Assembly (NCBI GenBank): GCA_903843285.1
Contig: CAIMPC010000016.1
Coordinates: 1,075-65,074 of the forward strand
DNA length: 64,000 bases
Direction of reading: 5' to 3'
DNA from: Candidatus Omnitrophota bacterium
GTDB taxonomy: Bacteria > Omnitrophota > Gorgyraeia > 2-01-FULL-45-10
The notes beneath the pieces are model-generated. The model was not told where the DNA came from and ran no database searches. It saw only the letters and a program-made list of their open reading frames with translations. Both the position numbers and the translations under genes were made by a program. Below, in pieces: positions 61,910 to 64,000 of this stretch; position 1 is the stretch's first letter; every line of letters starts with the position of its first letter.

Positions 61910-62854
61910 TTAAATTAGGCGAACGGTAACTTTGCCATTTTTGATATTGTAAACTACACCGTCGACAGCAACTACCTGCCCCTTATCTATTTCTCTGAGT
62001 CTTGATTCTGCGGTATCGTAACCGGCAGTGCTTCCTGGATATTTGTATTTTTTAATTACTTCATTATAAATTGCTTTTGCTTTTTCAATATCACCTTTTG
62101 CAAGATAAGTATCGCCAATAAATATTTCTGCATAACATTCTGCGATAGAAAATGGAAACTCTTTAGCCATTTTCTGGTATGTCTCAACAGCTTTATCATA
62201 ATCTTTGAATATAATCTTATACATCTTACCTATAGATTGGAATGTCTCGTTAAAAAGACGATATTCGTCGTGGTCATCCAAAATCTTCAAATCAGGTAAA
62301 TAGTCTAATATTTTCAAATATTCATCTAATTGTTTTTTATATTCTTTCTTATCGCGATAGCATGCCGCGATTGCCCTCTGAACCCTGATGACATACGCAT
62401 ACTCTTCTATTTTTATTCTTTCTCTTGAGACGCCAGCCTTTTCGGGATATTCCTTATTAAAATACTTGCGCTTAAATCCCTCGAGTTCGTTTCTATAAGC
62501 ATTTAGCGCCTTATCATATTTTTGCAGATACCAATAAGAATCTCCCAGCCCTCGCCATACATCGGCTTCCTCTACTGCTCTTGCTCCATCCATTCTGAAC
62601 AAACGCTCGTAGCTTTTTGCCGCACGCGTCCATGCTGGTTTTTTAAATATGAGCCTTGAAAATTCTCCAACAATTATGTTCGGCGCATAAAAAAATATAG
62701 CCTCTCCGGCATTTGAGGCGGCATCATATTGCTCATTAGCATATTTCTTTTGCTCGTCATAGGTCGCAAACCTTGGTGTGTATATTAAACTAACCATGAA
62801 TACGCTTATGACGGTCGCCAGAAGTGCTACTATAGTTATAAGTATTTTCTTCAT
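61910..62854 (-). CDS. TPR-repeat protein with an N-terminal signal/anchor
   Basis: 314 aa. N-terminal hydrophobic segment, then multiple 34-aa repeats with W-LG-Y / A-F-A-P patterning. Confidence 0.55.
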   Translation of the reverse strand: MKKILITIVALLATVISVFMVSLIYTPRFATYDEQKKYANEQYDAASNAGEAIFFYAPNIIVGEFSRLIFKKPAWTRAAKSYERLFRMDGARAVEEADVWRGLGDSYWYLQKYDKALNAYRNELEGFKRKYFNKEYPEKAGVSRERIKIEEYAYVIRVQRAIAACYRDKKEYKKQLDEYLKILDYLPDLKILDDHDEYRLFNETFQSIGKMYKIIFKDYDKAVETYQKMAKEFPFSIAECYAEIFIGDTYLAKGDIEKAKAIYNEVIKKYKYPGSTAGYDTAESRLREIDKGQVVAVDGVVYNIKNGKVTVRLI

Positions 62855-62865
62855 ATGATTACATT

Positions 62866-63906
62866 CTAATTGAAAATCCCATTCTCTTCAACTATTTTCA
62901 GCATCCGAGGATCTTTCCACATCGCTCCATGCGGCACTAACGTAACAACATCTTTAATTTTAGGAAATATGCTCTTCAATTCGCCTGTTACCGGCCGCGG
63001 CCCGGCTAAGTCATTTAGAACGCCGCTAATGAGCGTGCCACCGAACACCTGCGAACTGCCGATAGTAACACTGCTGGCAATCGCGGCACCTCGTGCTAAG
63101 TTTAAGGCATCTACTGGATTATAAATATTTACGATATTCGTTACATTCGCAAATGCGTAATTATTCGGATTGACAATCCCTTTGTCAATAAAATATTTAA
63201 GCGGCGAGCCCATCATATATAGGTTGCGTACTTTAATTTCTGGTCTTTCAGCCGCTAATTCCTTTAGAGCTTCATACGTTACTACGGTACCTAAGCTGTG
63301 CGCTGCTAAATCTATCGGGATACCTGATCGCTGAGATTCTTCCCATCCAGCCTTAATATCATTTTTAACTTGTTCTATTATGATTCGCCTTTTTGCAGGA
63401 TCAAATATATACTCCTCTATCCCAGAACCTTTTATTGGACTATCAGGACCCGGCTTGTTATAACTATTGGCAATAAGTTTGAAATTTTCACCTTTTATTT
63501 GTATCTTCTCTACATAGCTTGCCCAGCCATCCGGATGTTTTGTGGCACCATGCACACCAACTAGTACAAATTTTGGTGCATGTATTTCGTCTACTAGCGC
63601 CTGATACTGCGCAAGTTCATCTAAAGTGGGAATATCACCATAATCCCAGGGATTAAGCATGGAGTCAAATTTCAATGTGGCATAGGTATAAAGATTGCTC
63701 TTCTCGATATCAGTCATCGACATGGTCAAATAATCGAGCTCACTGCCATATTTCATCTGGAATTTCATATCTGATAGTATAATCGACTTTAAATATACAT
63801 CATATGCTGATGAGCCAAATATGTCTGATCCAGAAAGCCTATAATCCATATCGCTGAATTTACTCTCTAAATAATCGACAGCATTATCAAAATTATTCTT
63901 ATTCAC
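62866..63906 (-). CDS. Alpha/beta-hydrolase (lipase/esterase-like) protein
   Basis: 346 aa. AAHSLGT nucleophile elbow (AxSxG variant). Downstream Asp/His candidates. Confidence 0.45.
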   Translation of the reverse strand: MNKNNFDNAVDYLESKFSDMDYRLSGSDIFGSSAYDVYLKSIILSDMKFQMKYGSELDYLTMSMTDIEKSNLYTYATLKFDSMLNPWDYGDIPTLDELAQYQALVDEIHAPKFVLVGVHGATKHPDGWASYVEKIQIKGENFKLIANSYNKPGPDSPIKGSGIEEYIFDPAKRRIIIEQVKNDIKAGWEESQRSGIPIDLAAHSLGTVVTYEALKELAAERPEIKVRNLYMMGSPLKYFIDKGIVNPNNYAFANVTNIVNIYNPVDALNLARGAAIASSVTIGSSQVFGGTLISGVLNDLAGPRPVTGELKSIFPKIKDVVTLVPHGAMWKDPRMLKIVEENGIFN

Positions 63907-64000
63907 ATCTCTTTGATACGTTGGTTCCGGCGCTGCATCACCGAAGTTATCAACCGACGTAATTAAAATATCCCCATCTTTATAATAATAGTTGATATCA

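Overview
This 64-kb window is bacterial chromosomal DNA with low GC content (roughly 40%) and about 66 tightly packed genes. Only glgC and a Ski2-like helicase lie on the + strand; every other gene is on the - strand. Ni-binding motifs in a hydrogenase subunit, SD-like GGAGG ribosome-binding sites, sigma70-like promoters and intrinsic terminators are visible directly. No rRNA, tRNA, CRISPR array, transposase or integrase was seen.

Gene content, by position:
- 0.2-9 kb: hypA, a thioesterase, a site-2 protease, a PiT phosphate transporter with its DUF47 partner, glgC, a VapBC-like toxin-antitoxin pair, and mnmG.
- 9-12 kb: a receiver-only response regulator, a LOG-family protein, and a ParA-type ATPase fused to an AMPK-beta/CBM48 glycogen-binding domain.
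- 12-28 kb: one co-directional nucleotide-biosynthesis block with purQ, a purS-purL fusion, guaA, purF, a carB that is split into two genes 3.4 kb apart, carA and pyrG.
- 28-34 kb: a glutamate-synthase FMN-domain protein with NfnAB/GltD-like partners, and pfkA.
- 36-59 kb, the main system: an uninterrupted co-directional string of about 19 kb. A K+-independent H+-pyrophosphatase (hppA) overlaps the first gene of an 11-subunit complex-I-like group-4 [NiFe] hydrogenase by 8 nt. That hydrogenase has three antiporter-like subunits, NuoA/J/K-like subunits, and NuoB/C/D/H/I-like subunits with intact Ni-binding L1/L2 motifs, followed by the HycI protease. It runs with no gap into a complete F1Fo ATP synthase operon (atpZ-I-B-E-F-H-A-G-D-C), then a radical-SAM/YgiQ/HAD/PPC cluster.
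- Upstream of hppA: a roughly 515-nt non-coding leader that ends in an intrinsic terminator about 20 nt before the start codon. It carries one copy of a 33-nt motif.
- 59-64 kb: a second copy of that motif (28/33 identical, same orientation) sits 2.6 kb away, so the two copies flank a radical-SAM plus two-methyltransferase cassette.

I could not run any homology search. All protein calls rest on motif and sequence-family recognition from the translations.
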